The notes: a model not told the origin generated them from the letters alone. 64,000 nt of DNA from Nitrospinales bacterium (GCA_965223795.1 CBDCXL010000002.1:96001-160000); one strand, 5' to 3'; positions 21,628-31,509 are shown, numbered from the stretch's first letter. Program-made: numbers and translations.

Positions 21628-23787
21628 TCAACCGGACAGCGCGAATTCGGGGACGGTGGGGAGCTTGCGCCATTTGTTGAAATGGAACATGAGGTCGCCG
21701 CTTTTGACGGGCTGGATCTGTTTGAATTGTTCGCTGCCGTCGGGCTGTTGCTCGACGATGACGATTTTCTTGTCCATGAGGCTGGTGGCCTTGCGCACGA
21801 ACAGGAAGGTGTAGGGCTGGTCGCGCGCGATGATGCGGTGCAGCTTGCGGGCCATTTTTATCTGCTCGTCGCGGTCGTACTCGCGGCGGATGCGGACGAT
21901 GAGGCGGTCCACTTCGGGTTTCTCGTAGCCGACGAAGTTCAGCCGGTTGGGGCCGGTCTGGCTGGAGTGCCAGAGCTGGTACATGTCCGGGTTGGGTCCG
22001 GTGCTCCAGCCTAATATGAGGGCGTCGAACTTGAGGGCGTTGACGAAGTCCTTGAGGAACACCGCCCACTCGAACAACTGGGTGTTGCACTTGACGCCGA
22101 TTTTTTTCCAGCTGTTCTGCACGATGCTGAGAATGTTTTTCCTTACTGGGTTGCCGCTGTTGGTGATGAGGTTGAACTCGAACAGCTTGCCGTCTTTTTC
22201 CAGCCAGCCGTCGGCGTTTTTCTCCCAGCCTTCTTCCTTGAGCAGCCGCACGGCGCCTTCGGGATCGTAGGGGATGGGCTGCACGCTGTGGTCGTACCAG
22301 TCGGTGATCTTGGCGTAGGGCCCGGTGACCCGCTCGCCTTCGCCGTACAGGATGTATTCGATGATCTCCTCGACGTTGACGGCCATGCCCAGGGCGGTGC
22401 GCACCTTGACGGACTGAAACAACGGCTTGCGCAGGTTGTAGCCGATGTAGGAGTAGGTCATGCCGACGGTGGAAAAGCTCTGGTACTTGGGATCGTCGCG
22501 CAGCCGTTCGACCTGGTGCGGCTCGACGCCGTAGCCGTCCACCGCGCCGGAGTAAAACTCCATCTCGCGCACCAGCACGTCCGGGATGATGCGCATGATG
22601 TATTCGTGGTATTCGGGCGGGCCGTCCCAGTAATCCTCATTGCGGGTGAGCACGATCTGCTCGTCGGATTTCCATTCCTTGAAGATATAGGCTCCGGTGC
22701 CGACGGGATTGCGGTTGAAGCGGCTGTCGCGCAGGGTGAAGGTTTCGGGGTCCTCGCCACGTTCTTTGGCTTCCTCTTGCAGCCTGCCCTCGTTGAGAAG
22801 GTGCTCGGGCAGCATCCCCATCGTTGCCCAGGAAAACAGCGCCGGAGAGAACAGGCGCTTGTAGACGATCCGCACCTTGTGGCCGTTCACGATCTCCATG
22901 CTTTTGATCGGTTCGTAGTTCGAGGTCCGCGGCGAGGCATTCTTCGGGTTCATGATGGACTGGTAGGTGAACAGCACATCGCCGGCGTCGAATTCGTGGC
23001 CGTCGTGAAAGCGCACGCCCTTGCGCAGCTCGAACACGATCACGGGGTTGTGCTCTTTGACGGGCAGCAGCGTTTGGTATTTGCCGGCGAGACGCTCCTG
23101 AACCTTGTTATCCTGGGCGCGGATGTACTTGGCGTATGGGAAACTCTTAAAATAGGTTTCGCCCAGCAGTGTTTCGAGCGGCTTGAAAAAATCCTGATCG
23201 ATCTTGTTCAAGGTGAACTTCAGCCGCACGGGCCGTTTGAGCTTGTAGGCAACGTCTTCCATGCGCGGCCGCCCCTTTTCCATTTGCGGCTTGCCGTTGT
23301 CATCGAGAACCGGGAGGGCGATTTTCTCATCGAGCGTTTCACCCTCGACCACCTCCACGGACTTCAGGTTTTGTGTCCAGGCGGCCTCGGAAGCCAGCGC
23401 ATCGCGCAGGAATCGCTTCAGATCGCGGGCATCGGCCAGCGGCGGCACCTCCGGCGGCGCGGATTTCTTTAGATGTTCGAGATCGACGGCCAGGTAGGCT
23501 TCCTCGAACTGGTCCCTTGATATGGCGAGCCGCAGCCTGAAATCGAGGTTTTCGTCCAGATCCATCAGGGTGTCGAACACGCGGCTCTCGATCTCGCTGC
23601 TGGCGGTGTCGGCGCTGAGCACGGGGTTGAGGATCTGGGCGTCGCCGGAGGAGGCGCTCAAGTACTTGAAGAGGCGGTCCGGATTGCCCACGGCCTGCTT
23701 TTCGTAGGTCGGCACCCAAAAGAAGGACTGGGCCAGGATCAGGATCAAAAGCAGGGGCAGATAGATGAGGATCCGTTTGATGGTCAT
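21628..23787 (-). CDS. Peptide/nickel ABC transporter substrate-binding protein (family 5) with an inserted domain
   Basis: FELRKGVRFHDGHEFDAGDVLFTY, PVGTGAY, YWDGPP, YSYIGYN, YDPEGA. Confidence 0.9.
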   Translation of the reverse strand: MTIKRILIYLPLLLILILAQSFFWVPTYEKQAVGNPDRLFKYLSASSGDAQILNPVLSADTASSEIESRVFDTLMDLDENLDFRLRLAISRDQFEEAYLAVDLEHLKKSAPPEVPPLADARDLKRFLRDALASEAAWTQNLKSVEVVEGETLDEKIALPVLDDNGKPQMEKGRPRMEDVAYKLKRPVRLKFTLNKIDQDFFKPLETLLGETYFKSFPYAKYIRAQDNKVQERLAGKYQTLLPVKEHNPVIVFELRKGVRFHDGHEFDAGDVLFTYQSIMNPKNASPRTSNYEPIKSMEIVNGHKVRIVYKRLFSPALFSWATMGMLPEHLLNEGRLQEEAKERGEDPETFTLRDSRFNRNPVGTGAYIFKEWKSDEQIVLTRNEDYWDGPPEYHEYIMRIIPDVLVREMEFYSGAVDGYGVEPHQVERLRDDPKYQSFSTVGMTYSYIGYNLRKPLFQSVKVRTALGMAVNVEEIIEYILYGEGERVTGPYAKITDWYDHSVQPIPYDPEGAVRLLKEEGWEKNADGWLEKDGKLFEFNLITNSGNPVRKNILSIVQNSWKKIGVKCNTQLFEWAVFLKDFVNALKFDALILGWSTGPNPDMYQLWHSSQTGPNRLNFVGYEKPEVDRLIVRIRREYDRDEQIKMARKLHRIIARDQPYTFLFVRKATSLMDKKIVIVEQQPDGSEQFKQIQPVKSGDLMFHFNKWRKLPTVPEFALSG

Positions 23788-24108
23788 GGCAGAATCATAT
23801 CAGAAATCCGATGCGGGCCCTTGAATTTATCAACGCCGGTGGGAAACCGGCAACCTTTCTGTAAAATCATAGTTTACCGCATTCAGATTGAAAAAAATAT
23901 TCCGCTCTAAACCGGGGAAAACCGGTAAAAAAAATTTCTTGACTTGACTTAAAATTGTATATATTAGTTTATTACCCTCGCGGCCTAAGATAGGATCGCG
24001 AGGTATTTTTTACGGGGAAACCCCTTATATATTCAACTTTTATTGGAAAGCCCTTATACTGATAAGAAGGTTTTTTATTTCTTTCTTTTTTGCAATCTCA
24101 ATCTTTGA

Positions 24109-24450
<342 letters not shown>

Positions 24451-24700
24451 TAACTCTGCACGGAGGCGGCTTCTCAAGGCCCACGCCGAGGAAGCCGCTG
24501 GTTTCACAAAACCGCGTGTGTGTTTTCAAGTCAGCCTCGTTCCGCACGAGGCCGTTTCTGTCTGCGACAGGCGATTGCTCTTGCGCCCTACCGCCGCCTG
24601 AGAGTCTGATTCTCTTGTAACAGTCCTTGACAACCGGCAGGCAACCGTTATACCTTTACGGAAACTTTTCCTGCGTTTTTCATTCAGCATCCAAAATCAC

Positions 24701-24777
<77 letters not shown>

Positions 24778-24795
<18 letters not shown>

Positions 24796-24826
24796 GCGGA
24801 AACGCTCAGCCCCTTATTTATTTTTT
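24778..24826 (+). terminator. Rho-independent terminator of the tRNA gene (potentially bidirectional)
   Basis: AATAAGGGGTTGAGCG-GAAA-CGCTCAGCCCCTTATT followed by a T-run. Confidence 0.85.
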
Positions 24827-25334
24827 GGCCGGGAAATTACAACCTCTTTACAACTAAAACGCATTCCCGTTACTTCCTGGAACGATATCCTTCTTTCTTC
24901 TTACTTCACCCTGCACCGCTCCCGCATTTTCCCAAGGACGCCCGAATCAGGGTGTGCCTACATCCTGATCAATCTTCCCTTCCCGCGGATCTTCTATTTC
25001 CTTGATTTCAGCCTCAATGGCATTGCGGACCTCTACATACACCGGGTGGGAAAATTTTAAGGCCCTTTTTCTAGCCTTGGGGCCAATAATATTGGGCTCC
25101 ATTTGGTCCCGGATCTCAAACTTCCGGGGATTATGTTTATTTATTTCTTCTTTCATCTCTTGATCCTTTCCGTGTTGGTTTGTTTGAGCCATCCTATCAG
25201 AGAGCAACCTCCGAAACCCGATTAATCCTTCGTATGCGAGGTGTGCGGTGCGGATGTCCAGACCATGGCCCCGAATCGGCGGTGGTGTGATCGGTGTCGG
25301 GTGCGGAGGTTGTTTAGAGCGGGTGAGGAATAAT

Positions 25335-26016
25335 TCAGTTTCTGGTTTTTGGCTCCATCAACTCAGGGCCGTGGTTCCTCGCATTGTTCACCCGCTTGTC
25401 CACTTCCCAGAACTCGATCCCCGCATCCGGGAGCGGCTGCAACATCGTTTGCAGGTCATTGCCGTCGGTCATTGCCGTCGGTCTTGGGGTCCAGCCATTG
25501 TGCGAATAGATCTTCACGCAAATGAACAGGCACGCGGTCGTGGATGGATTGCAGCGTCTGGTTGGCAGCTGTGGTGAGAATGGCGACGGTCTGGATGCCC
25601 GCCGCGTGAGTTTTGGGAGCCCAGCTTGACCAGATCGCCGCGAAGGAAAACAGCCCTTCCTTGGGCTTGATGAAAAACGGAGTCTTTGCCCCGTCCTCCC
25701 GCTTCCATTCGTAAAACCCGGTCGCCGGCACGATACAGCGCCGTTTTTTAAAGCTGTCTCGGAACGTGGGTTTCTCCGCAACGGTCTCCGATCTGGCGTT
25801 GATCATCGGCCGCTTGTCGTCCTTCGCCCAGGACGGCAGCAGCCCCCAACGTAGCAAATGGATTTCCCGCTGGCCGGTTTTCCGCGACAACAGTACGACC
25901 GGGATATCGGCTTGTGGGGCGATGTTGTAATTCGGCTCGAATGGGATGACGTGCTGCGCGTTGTAGAGGTGCTCCAATTCCTTGGCGGAGGCGTCCTGGG
26001 CGAATCGTCCGCACAT
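25335..26016 (-). pseudogene. SOS response-associated peptidase (SRAP/YedK/HMCES family), frameshifted near the 3' end
   Basis: MCGRF, YNIAP, RWGLLP, INARSET, GFYEW, IHDRVP; a 13-bp tandem duplication at 25454-25479 moves the C-terminal VDKRVNNARN into another frame. Confidence 0.88.
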
Positions 26017-26018
26017 GA

Positions 26019-27272
26019 TCAGGACACCGTCAGCAGTTCGTCCCACTGCGTCGTGTACCGCGGCGACCGCAACCCGCAGCTCATCTTCCATTCCCGCGAC
26101 ACGCCCTGCGCGCCGAAGAACAGCGTGTCCGGCCCATGGTCGCCGTTGATCCCGTCCACCAGGCGCATCAGCCGGTCGCGCCGCGTATGCTGCGGCTCCA
26201 CAAACAGGTGCTTCTGCTCCACCGACTCGGGGATCAGGTCCAGCAGCATGAGGCCGGTCTTCTTGTATCGGTAGCCCGGCTTGTAAATCTTGTTCAGCCC
26301 GTGCTTCGCCGCTGCAATGACGATGGGGGTGTCGCTGGTCGGCACCGGCATGACGCAGGTGACGCCGTTGTGGTATTGCTGGTCGGCCGGCCTGAACTCG
26401 TTGGTGCGCACAAACACATAAACGGCCTGCGCCCGGCTTTTTTGGCTTCGGAGCTTCTCGCAGGCTCTGGCGGCGTAGTTGGAAAGCGCCTCTTCCAGCG
26501 CCCGCTTTTCCGTCACCAGCTTACCGAACGACTTTGAGGACATGATGTTTTTTCTTGGCTGGATGTCTTCCAGATCGAGGCAGGACTGGCCGCGCAACTC
26601 GCGCAGGATACGCTCCCCCACCACCGAGAGCTGTTTGCGGACGATGGGCGGGTGCGCGTCCCTAAGTTCAGCCGCCGTGTGGACACCCATGCGCGCCAGC
26701 CTATCGGCCCAGCCGGAGGCGATCCCCCATACTTTTTCCACTGCCAGGTGTTTCAGAACTTCTTCGCGGACCCAAGCATCGCGGATGTCGAACACGCCGG
26801 AGCGCCGCTTCGCAAGCCGGTTGGCCACCTTCGCCAGTACCTTGGTCGGCCCGATGCCGATGGACACCGGGATCCCCGTCCACTGCCGGACCTTGCTGCG
26901 GATCATCCCGCAATAGGCTTCCAGGTCTGGCTGGGGCATGTGGTCAAGCCGGAGAAACGCCTCGTCGATGGAATATACTTCCATGTCCGGCACGAAAAGA
27001 CGCAGGCTGTCCATCACGCGCCGCGACATATCGCCATAGAGCTGGTAGTTCGAGGAAAACACCGCGGTGTTGTGTTTCTTGATGAACTTCTCGTGCTCGA
27101 AGTAGGGCACCGCCATGGGGATGTGGAGCGCCTTGGCCTCGCTGGAACGGGCGACGATGCAGCCGTCGTTGTTGGAGAGCACGACGATGGGGCGACCTCT
27201 GAGAGCCGGGTTGAACACGCGCTCGCACGAGGCGTAGAAATTGTTGCAGTCCACCAGGGCGAAGGTTTTCAT
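26019..27272 (-). CDS. umuC: Y-family DNA polymerase V catalytic subunit
   Basis: LVDCNNFYASCER, VLSNNDGC, SSNYQLYGDMS, YSIDEAF, SPRYTTQW. Confidence 0.96.
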   Translation of the reverse strand: MKTFALVDCNNFYASCERVFNPALRGRPIVVLSNNDGCIVARSSEAKALHIPMAVPYFEHEKFIKKHNTAVFSSNYQLYGDMSRRVMDSLRLFVPDMEVYSIDEAFLRLDHMPQPDLEAYCGMIRSKVRQWTGIPVSIGIGPTKVLAKVANRLAKRRSGVFDIRDAWVREEVLKHLAVEKVWGIASGWADRLARMGVHTAAELRDAHPPIVRKQLSVVGERILRELRGQSCLDLEDIQPRKNIMSSKSFGKLVTEKRALEEALSNYAARACEKLRSQKSRAQAVYVFVRTNEFRPADQQYHNGVTCVMPVPTSDTPIVIAAAKHGLNKIYKPGYRYKKTGLMLLDLIPESVEQKHLFVEPQHTRRDRLMRLVDGINGDHGPDTLFFGAQGVSREWKMSCGLRSPRYTTQWDELLTVS

Positions 27273-27685
27273 AACAGGTTGTGCAAGCAGTGGGTCACCA
27301 CGCCCCAGATTCGCACCTCCGAGCCTTCCGCAAGCTCGATCGTCGGATGGTTCGGATTCTCTGATTGAAGGGCTGCTTTGCCGTGCATCCGGAACAGCCG
27401 CTTCACCGCCAGTTGCCCGTCCACCTCCGCGATCACGACCCTCCCGTGCACCGGCTCCAGGCTACGGTCCACGATCAGCAGATCGCCGGGGAAGATCCCG
27501 GCCCCGGTCATCGAATCCCCGGAAGCGCGGACGAAATACGTTGCTGTGGGATGCTTGATGAGGTGCTCATTGAGGTTGAGATCCCCTTCCATGTAGTCGT
27601 CCGCCGGGGATGGAAAGCCGGCGGACACATGCGACAACGCCACGGGAACCGCAGCGGCTCTTTGTGCATTGGAGGGCTTCGACAT
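27269..27685 (-). CDS. umuD: DNA polymerase V accessory subunit (S24 autopeptidase)
   Basis: SAGFPSPADDY cleavage region, GDSM catalytic Ser, AVKRL catalytic Lys; stop overlaps the umuC start. Confidence 0.95.
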   Translation of the reverse strand: MSKPSNAQRAAAVPVALSHVSAGFPSPADDYMEGDLNLNEHLIKHPTATYFVRASGDSMTGAGIFPGDLLIVDRSLEPVHGRVVIAEVDGQLAVKRLFRMHGKAALQSENPNHPTIELAEGSEVRIWGVVTHCLHNLL

Positions 27686-27691
27686 GGGCAC

Positions 27692-27720
27692 AGAATACGC
27701 GCCGGGCCAGGGGGAGTCAA
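27692..27720 (-). promoter_or_regulatory. Sigma70 promoter of umuD, likely giving a leaderless mRNA
   Basis: TTGACT-17 nt-TATTCT, ending 6 nt before ATG 27685; no SD sequence. Confidence 0.6.
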
Positions 27721-27779
27721 TGGATTTTCGCTAAATTTTTGCCAAAACATAGGAAGGCTGCATAGCCGCTTTCAGGCAT

Positions 27780-27806
27780 AAAAAAACCGGAGCCTACTGG
27801 CTCCGG
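27780..27806 (-). terminator. Rho-independent terminator
   Basis: CCGGAGCC-AGTA-GGCTCCGG followed by T7 on the minus strand. Confidence 0.8.
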
Positions 27807-27831
27807 CTTCAATCATAATTCTTTAAATACA

Positions 27832-28587
27832 CTACCTCTTCTTTTTTACCCATCCCCGAGTTTTCATACATCCCAAAAAGGCTTTTTTGTAAGGCAGGGT
27901 TTCATGGTTCGAAGCAATAATCCGGCATTCCTCTTTATCCCTACCCAATCTTGTATTTCCTTTCGAGACAGCAGCCCTCGTTGATATTTTCCGAATTTCT
28001 GGTTTTTTCTGAGGATATATTGTTGCAGCTCTAACGGGAGGCTGTACTATTTCAGGCGCTGGGACACTGGACGGTTCTGCCAGTTGCGAGTGTATTGGCT
28101 GTTTTTCCTCAAACGGTTCTGAGCTTTCTCCTAGAGCATCGGCCAATAGCTCTTCGGAAGATCCTTTTTGCGCTTGCGCAGTTGCCGTGGGTTCTACGAT
28201 TTTTTCCGGTTGATTGATTGATGCAACTCGATCTCTTTCATCATACAAAACGGTAAGCTGGTACTTATCGCCAATAAAACCTTCTATTGGCGTCCCAAGT
28301 ATTTCCCATAAGCCAAATGTGAGGATGTCCATTATGGCGTGACCAATGGCCCTGCCCGCGCTTGGCTCATTTCCCGTTTCGTATTCATAGACATCCATCC
28401 TTTTTCCATTTCCCAAGCTGGATGTCTTGATGGGAGGACCAAGTTGCAATTCGATTTGACCACGGCTCGCGCCTTCCTGGACCAGGCCCAGATTCGGCGC
28501 TTTCTTGCCGCTCATGGCCATCCCGACCGAGCATCCACTGCAAACTGTGAGGAAATAAGCGAATACTAAAACGTGGATGGTTCTCAT
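27832..28587 (-). CDS. Hypothetical lipoprotein (SmpA/OmlA-like N-terminal region)
   Basis: CSGC lipobox, SRGQIELQLGPP...DVYEY, DILTFGLWEILGTPIE; GGAGG RBS before ATG 28587. Confidence 0.7.
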   Translation of the reverse strand: MRTIHVLVFAYFLTVCSGCSVGMAMSGKKAPNLGLVQEGASRGQIELQLGPPIKTSSLGNGKRMDVYEYETGNEPSAGRAIGHAIMDILTFGLWEILGTPIEGFIGDKYQLTVLYDERDRVASINQPEKIVEPTATAQAQKGSSEELLADALGESSEPFEEKQPIHSQLAEPSSVPAPEIVQPPVRAATIYPQKKPEIRKISTRAAVSKGNTRLGRDKEECRIIASNHETLPYKKAFLGCMKTRGWVKKKR

Positions 28588-28679
28588 GTGGACCTCCGGC
28601 GTTATTTTTAAGGAGGGAGGGGGGAGGAGCAATATCGGCTATCCTATACCATAGTTCGGATAAGCGAATCAATGAAAAT

Positions 28680-29396
28680 TTAGGCGAGATTGTTGAATTG
28701 GAAATCGACAGTGTAATAAGGGGGAGGTCTATCTTTATTTCCACTTATCCGTTGAATAATTTCTTCCGCCCTTTCGCCATCAATTTTCTTTTTCATTTCC
28801 AACTCTTTTGCCAATGCTTCAACAGCCGGCCAAATTCCAGGCTTCTTAAAAATTGCCCTAACTCTTTTCGTCGCCACCAGAATAAAATCCGATATATCTT
28901 CCTCACAATATGAAAATTCAGAAGCCATCAAAAGGGCATTATCGTAATCCGTTGCGCCAGGGCAACTCAGATTTCTATTTTGTTCTTTATTTATTCTTTC
29001 AATAATCTTCCTCTCGTCAGCTGATGAATAATAAACCTTATCTAATCCACAATGCCTGTATTTTGCCTCTGCAATTGGACCTGCTAATTGGGTAATCAAT
29101 TCGACTTCCATATTAAATTTTTTTCTGTTTTTCTGTAGTGCAATATCCTCCATACTCATATTTATAAATCGCACATCGTCTATATGCACACCAGTAAAAA
29201 TATAGATTCCTGACGCCTCAACAGTTCCTATCACCCACCGCTCTCTTCCAAGCTGATCTACATAGGGCCCCTTTTCATATTCCTCATCCGTTCTTACGAT
29301 AATTTCATAAAATATATGGCCTACATACCACATGGCAACAGCGTGTCCTGCTTCATGGTAAGCAAGGGCTTTCGATATTTTATTTTTTCGGCGCAT
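28680..29396 (-). CDS. Stand-alone M41-like zinc metallopeptidase domain protein, AT-rich
   Basis: AYHEAGHAV, LAGPIAE, GATD, VEALAKEL...IDG pattern of FtsH-type protease domains, with no AAA domain. Confidence 0.7.
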   Translation of the reverse strand: MRRKNKISKALAYHEAGHAVAMWYVGHIFYEIIVRTDEEYEKGPYVDQLGRERWVIGTVEASGIYIFTGVHIDDVRFINMSMEDIALQKNRKKFNMEVELITQLAGPIAEAKYRHCGLDKVYYSSADERKIIERINKEQNRNLSCPGATDYDNALLMASEFSYCEEDISDFILVATKRVRAIFKKPGIWPAVEALAKELEMKKKIDGERAEEIIQRISGNKDRPPPYYTVDFQFNNLA

Positions 29397-29404
29397 TTTT
29401 CTTG

Positions 29405-29430
29405 AGAAGAAAGGAGCCCCGAAGGGCTCC
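29405..29430 (-). terminator. Terminator-like hairpin with a UUCG loop
   Basis: GGAGCCC-TTCG-GGGCTCC-TTTCTT on the minus strand, just after the 29449 stop. Confidence 0.6.
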
Positions 29431-29448
29431 CGAAATGGGTTGCCTTTA

Positions 29449-29796
29449 TTAATCATTCAACAACTTTTTCCAAATTTCTTCCGGATTATTTAGCAGCTTT
29501 TTAAAGTCCCTCATTTCATTATTGTTTCTGCCTCTTTTCCTAGCCTTTTTATTTGTAGAGTTGATTTGTTTTATTTCACCTTCCTTTTTAATTCCTGCCA
29601 TTTCCGATTCTAATGTTTTAACTCGCTTAAATATTTCAACAATATCATTTAATCGACAAACATCCGTCTCTAAACTCCTATTGAATAACTTGTGAACATA
29701 AATAATGTCCTTACTCAACTTGTCAAATAAATCTAAATTTACTTTTTCCATTTTTGCGATCTTTTCTGATAATTCTTTATTCGTCAACCTAGCCAT
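29449..29796 (-). CDS. Hypothetical coiled-coil protein downstream of the c4-like RNA, AT-rich
   Basis: GGAGGG RBS then ATG 29796; 115-aa ORF. Confidence 0.6.
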   Translation of the reverse strand: MARLTNKELSEKIAKMEKVNLDLFDKLSKDIIYVHKLFNRSLETDVCRLNDIVEIFKRVKTLESEMAGIKKEGEIKQINSTNKKARKRGRNNNEMRDFKKLLNNPEEIWKKLLND

Positions 29797-29815
29797 GGCA
29801 CCCTCCAAATAAAAA

Positions 29816-29881
29816 GGCCCGAGCGTTGTCTACGGGCACAAAGCACCGCCCCGGGCCTCACGGCTTCGGGACACTCGGACC
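29816..29881 (-). ncRNA. c4-like antisense RNA (P1 C4 / P4 CI type)
   Basis: Closing stem GGTCCGAGTGT/ACGCTCGGGCC; internal CTTTGTG and TAGAC complementary to upstream CACAAAG and GTCTA; preceded by TTTTTTATGCC. Confidence 0.65.
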
Positions 29882-29963
29882 AATTTACAGTTTGGATTTC
29901 AGGCATAAAAAATCCCCAATTGAGGGCTGGGGGGAAGACCCCTTTGTGACTTTAGACGATTAC

Positions 29964-29992
29964 ACTTTATGCCCGATTGGGGAGATTGTCAA
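29964..29992 (-). promoter_or_regulatory. Sigma70 promoter for the c4-like transcript
   Basis: TTGACA-17 nt-TAAAGT. Confidence 0.7.
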
Positions 29993-30003
29993 GATTCTAC
30001 ATT

Positions 30004-30199
30004 GGACGGCGCAAAATTGCGCCGTCCTCTGCTTCGGTATTGAATGGGTCCAAAATTGGACCGATTGAAAGGACTGTCCCGTGGATTTCAATGAGCGCAA
30101 TTTTGCGCCCATTAAATACACCGACGCGCGGGGCGGTATCCAGTAGTCGCCAAATTGGCGACTACTGGGTTTAATGGGCTTAATTTTAAGCCCGTTGAA
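30004..30199. repeat. Array of five AT-core palindromes
   Basis: GGACGGCGC-AAAATT-GCGCCGTCC; AATGGGTCC-AAAATT-GGACCGATT; AATGAGCGC-AATTTT-GCGCCCATT; CCAGTAGTCGCC-AAATT-GGCGACTACTGG; AATGGGCTT-AATTTT-AAGCCCGTT. Confidence 0.9.
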
Positions 30200-30232
30200 T
30201 ACGCTGACGTAAGCAGGTATTGCTTGGGGCGC

Positions 30233-31111
30233 TCATTTGGGCGGCCTTTTTTTTGTGTTTTCCTCCCCCGCGGCTTCCAGCTTCTTTTTGAAGAGTACGA
30301 AACGGTCCTCGGTGATTTCCTCGATCACCTTAAATCCAAACGGCTCCAGGACCTCCAGGACCTGGGCTTCGGTCATTTCAAAATCCGCGATCATGTTCTT
30401 GAGCTTCTCGACCAGGTTGTCGCTGATCTTTCCATCCTTCTGGGATTTGTTGCTGGTTGTGGTCCCGTTTTGCTTCGACGTTCGTTCTCCAGATCCGCCC
30501 GCTTCACCCCCAGCGCCATTTTCCCCTGTGTCGCCCTCGGTCGTGAAGATGTCCGAAGCACAGGTCACACGCCGCATGAGCGCCACGAATGCGCGCTTTT
30601 GGGCCATGAAAATGATCGTATTTCGCAGATCCTCAGGGTCCCGCAGGACCTGCTTGACCTTGTAGGGTGCGGACCGATTCCCTTTGCTTTTTCCCCATTT
30701 CACCCGCCGGCGGGATTCGATCGTTTCCTCCCATTCCTCGTCACATACGGCGCGACGCCAGCGGTATTTTTCCTCGAAGCTGCATGCCTCTGCATAGGCT
30801 GACCCGAGAAAACAGCCGTTGTTGTCGGCCGCTGTCATCTTCGCCCGGAAACGCACCTCATCGCCCCCGGATAAATCTTCCATCCCGGCTGGGTCCACGT
30901 GGATCCCGAACAGGACGCCCAGCTTTTCCGCGCCTGGCTGCCACAATGAACGCTTGGAGGTTCCGGGAATGACCCCGAAATCGACGTTTGCAACCATTTT
31001 TTCCTTCATCAGGCGCCGGATCATATCCAGCCGCTCCCCCAGGGCAGCAATCGGGTCACGGCCCGCCTGAGTCGGCACAAGTGCGTTGCTTTCAGGACGT
31101 AAATTTTCCAT
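30233..31111 (-). CDS. Phage-type protein, possibly a single-strand annealing/recombination protein
   Basis: DFGVIPGTSKRSLWQPGAEKL and NTIIFMAQKRAFV...SDIFT resemble motifs of phage recombination-module proteins (from memory); family uncertain. Confidence 0.5.
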   Translation of the reverse strand: MENLRPESNALVPTQAGRDPIAALGERLDMIRRLMKEKMVANVDFGVIPGTSKRSLWQPGAEKLGVLFGIHVDPAGMEDLSGGDEVRFRAKMTAADNNGCFLGSAYAEACSFEEKYRWRRAVCDEEWEETIESRRRVKWGKSKGNRSAPYKVKQVLRDPEDLRNTIIFMAQKRAFVALMRRVTCASDIFTTEGDTGENGAGGEAGGSGERTSKQNGTTTSNKSQKDGKISDNLVEKLKNMIADFEMTEAQVLEVLEPFGFKVIEEITEDRFVLFKKKLEAAGEENTKKRPPK

Positions 31112-31122
31112 TTTTTCAGTTC

Positions 31123-31509
31123 CTATATTTCAAGATTTTCAAGTTCTCTATGCTTTTCAGCCCGAGCTAGGGGCGTGGCGCCCAATGCTCTCAAACATTC
31201 ACACAGGCGATCTGAGGCGGCGCTCAATTCCCAAAATTCCGGACGGCCGGCCAGGACCCCATCCTCCAGTGTGTAGGTCATCCCGTTCTCGTTGATAAAC
31301 ATTTTCAATTCGTACCAGGTTCCGTAGTGGATGCACGCTTGCTCCAGGACGCCTAGATCGACGTTATCGGCTCCAAATTCGCGTATGAGCCCTTCCCCTA
31401 GCTTTGTCCAATGCCGACGTGCTTCAGGGTTTGTTATCGAAGCAGGGGCCGGGGGGAGCGCCCCTCGTCGTTCCAGCCGTACCTTTTCAAAATCGACGAT
31501 TTCAGCCAT
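31123..31509 (-). CDS. Second, divergent P27-family terminase small subunit-like protein
   Basis: PASI..EARRHW..L, D..VLEQAC..Y..W, NGMTY, RP, LGATPLAR pattern parallels the upstream TerS. Confidence 0.7.
   Translation of the reverse strand: MAEIVDFEKVRLERRGALPPAPASITNPEARRHWTKLGEGLIREFGADNVDLGVLEQACIHYGTWYELKMFINENGMTYTLEDGVLAGRPEFWELSAASDRLCECLRALGATPLARAEKHRELENLEI

Noticed and set aside
24947..25207. 86-aa minus-strand ORF at the attL end
   Set aside because: No motif and weak start signals; it cannot be supported as a gene from sequence alone.
25226..25333. Plus-strand zinc-ribbon-like peptide (CEVC...CDRC)
   Set aside because: It is immediately preceded by an in-frame stop and has no start codon or RBS before the first Cys pair; at most a fragment.
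30004..30199. Possible CRISPR array or integron attC array
   Set aside because: Units are not identical repeats with regular spacers, no cas or intI gene is present, and attC R-box ends are not evident.
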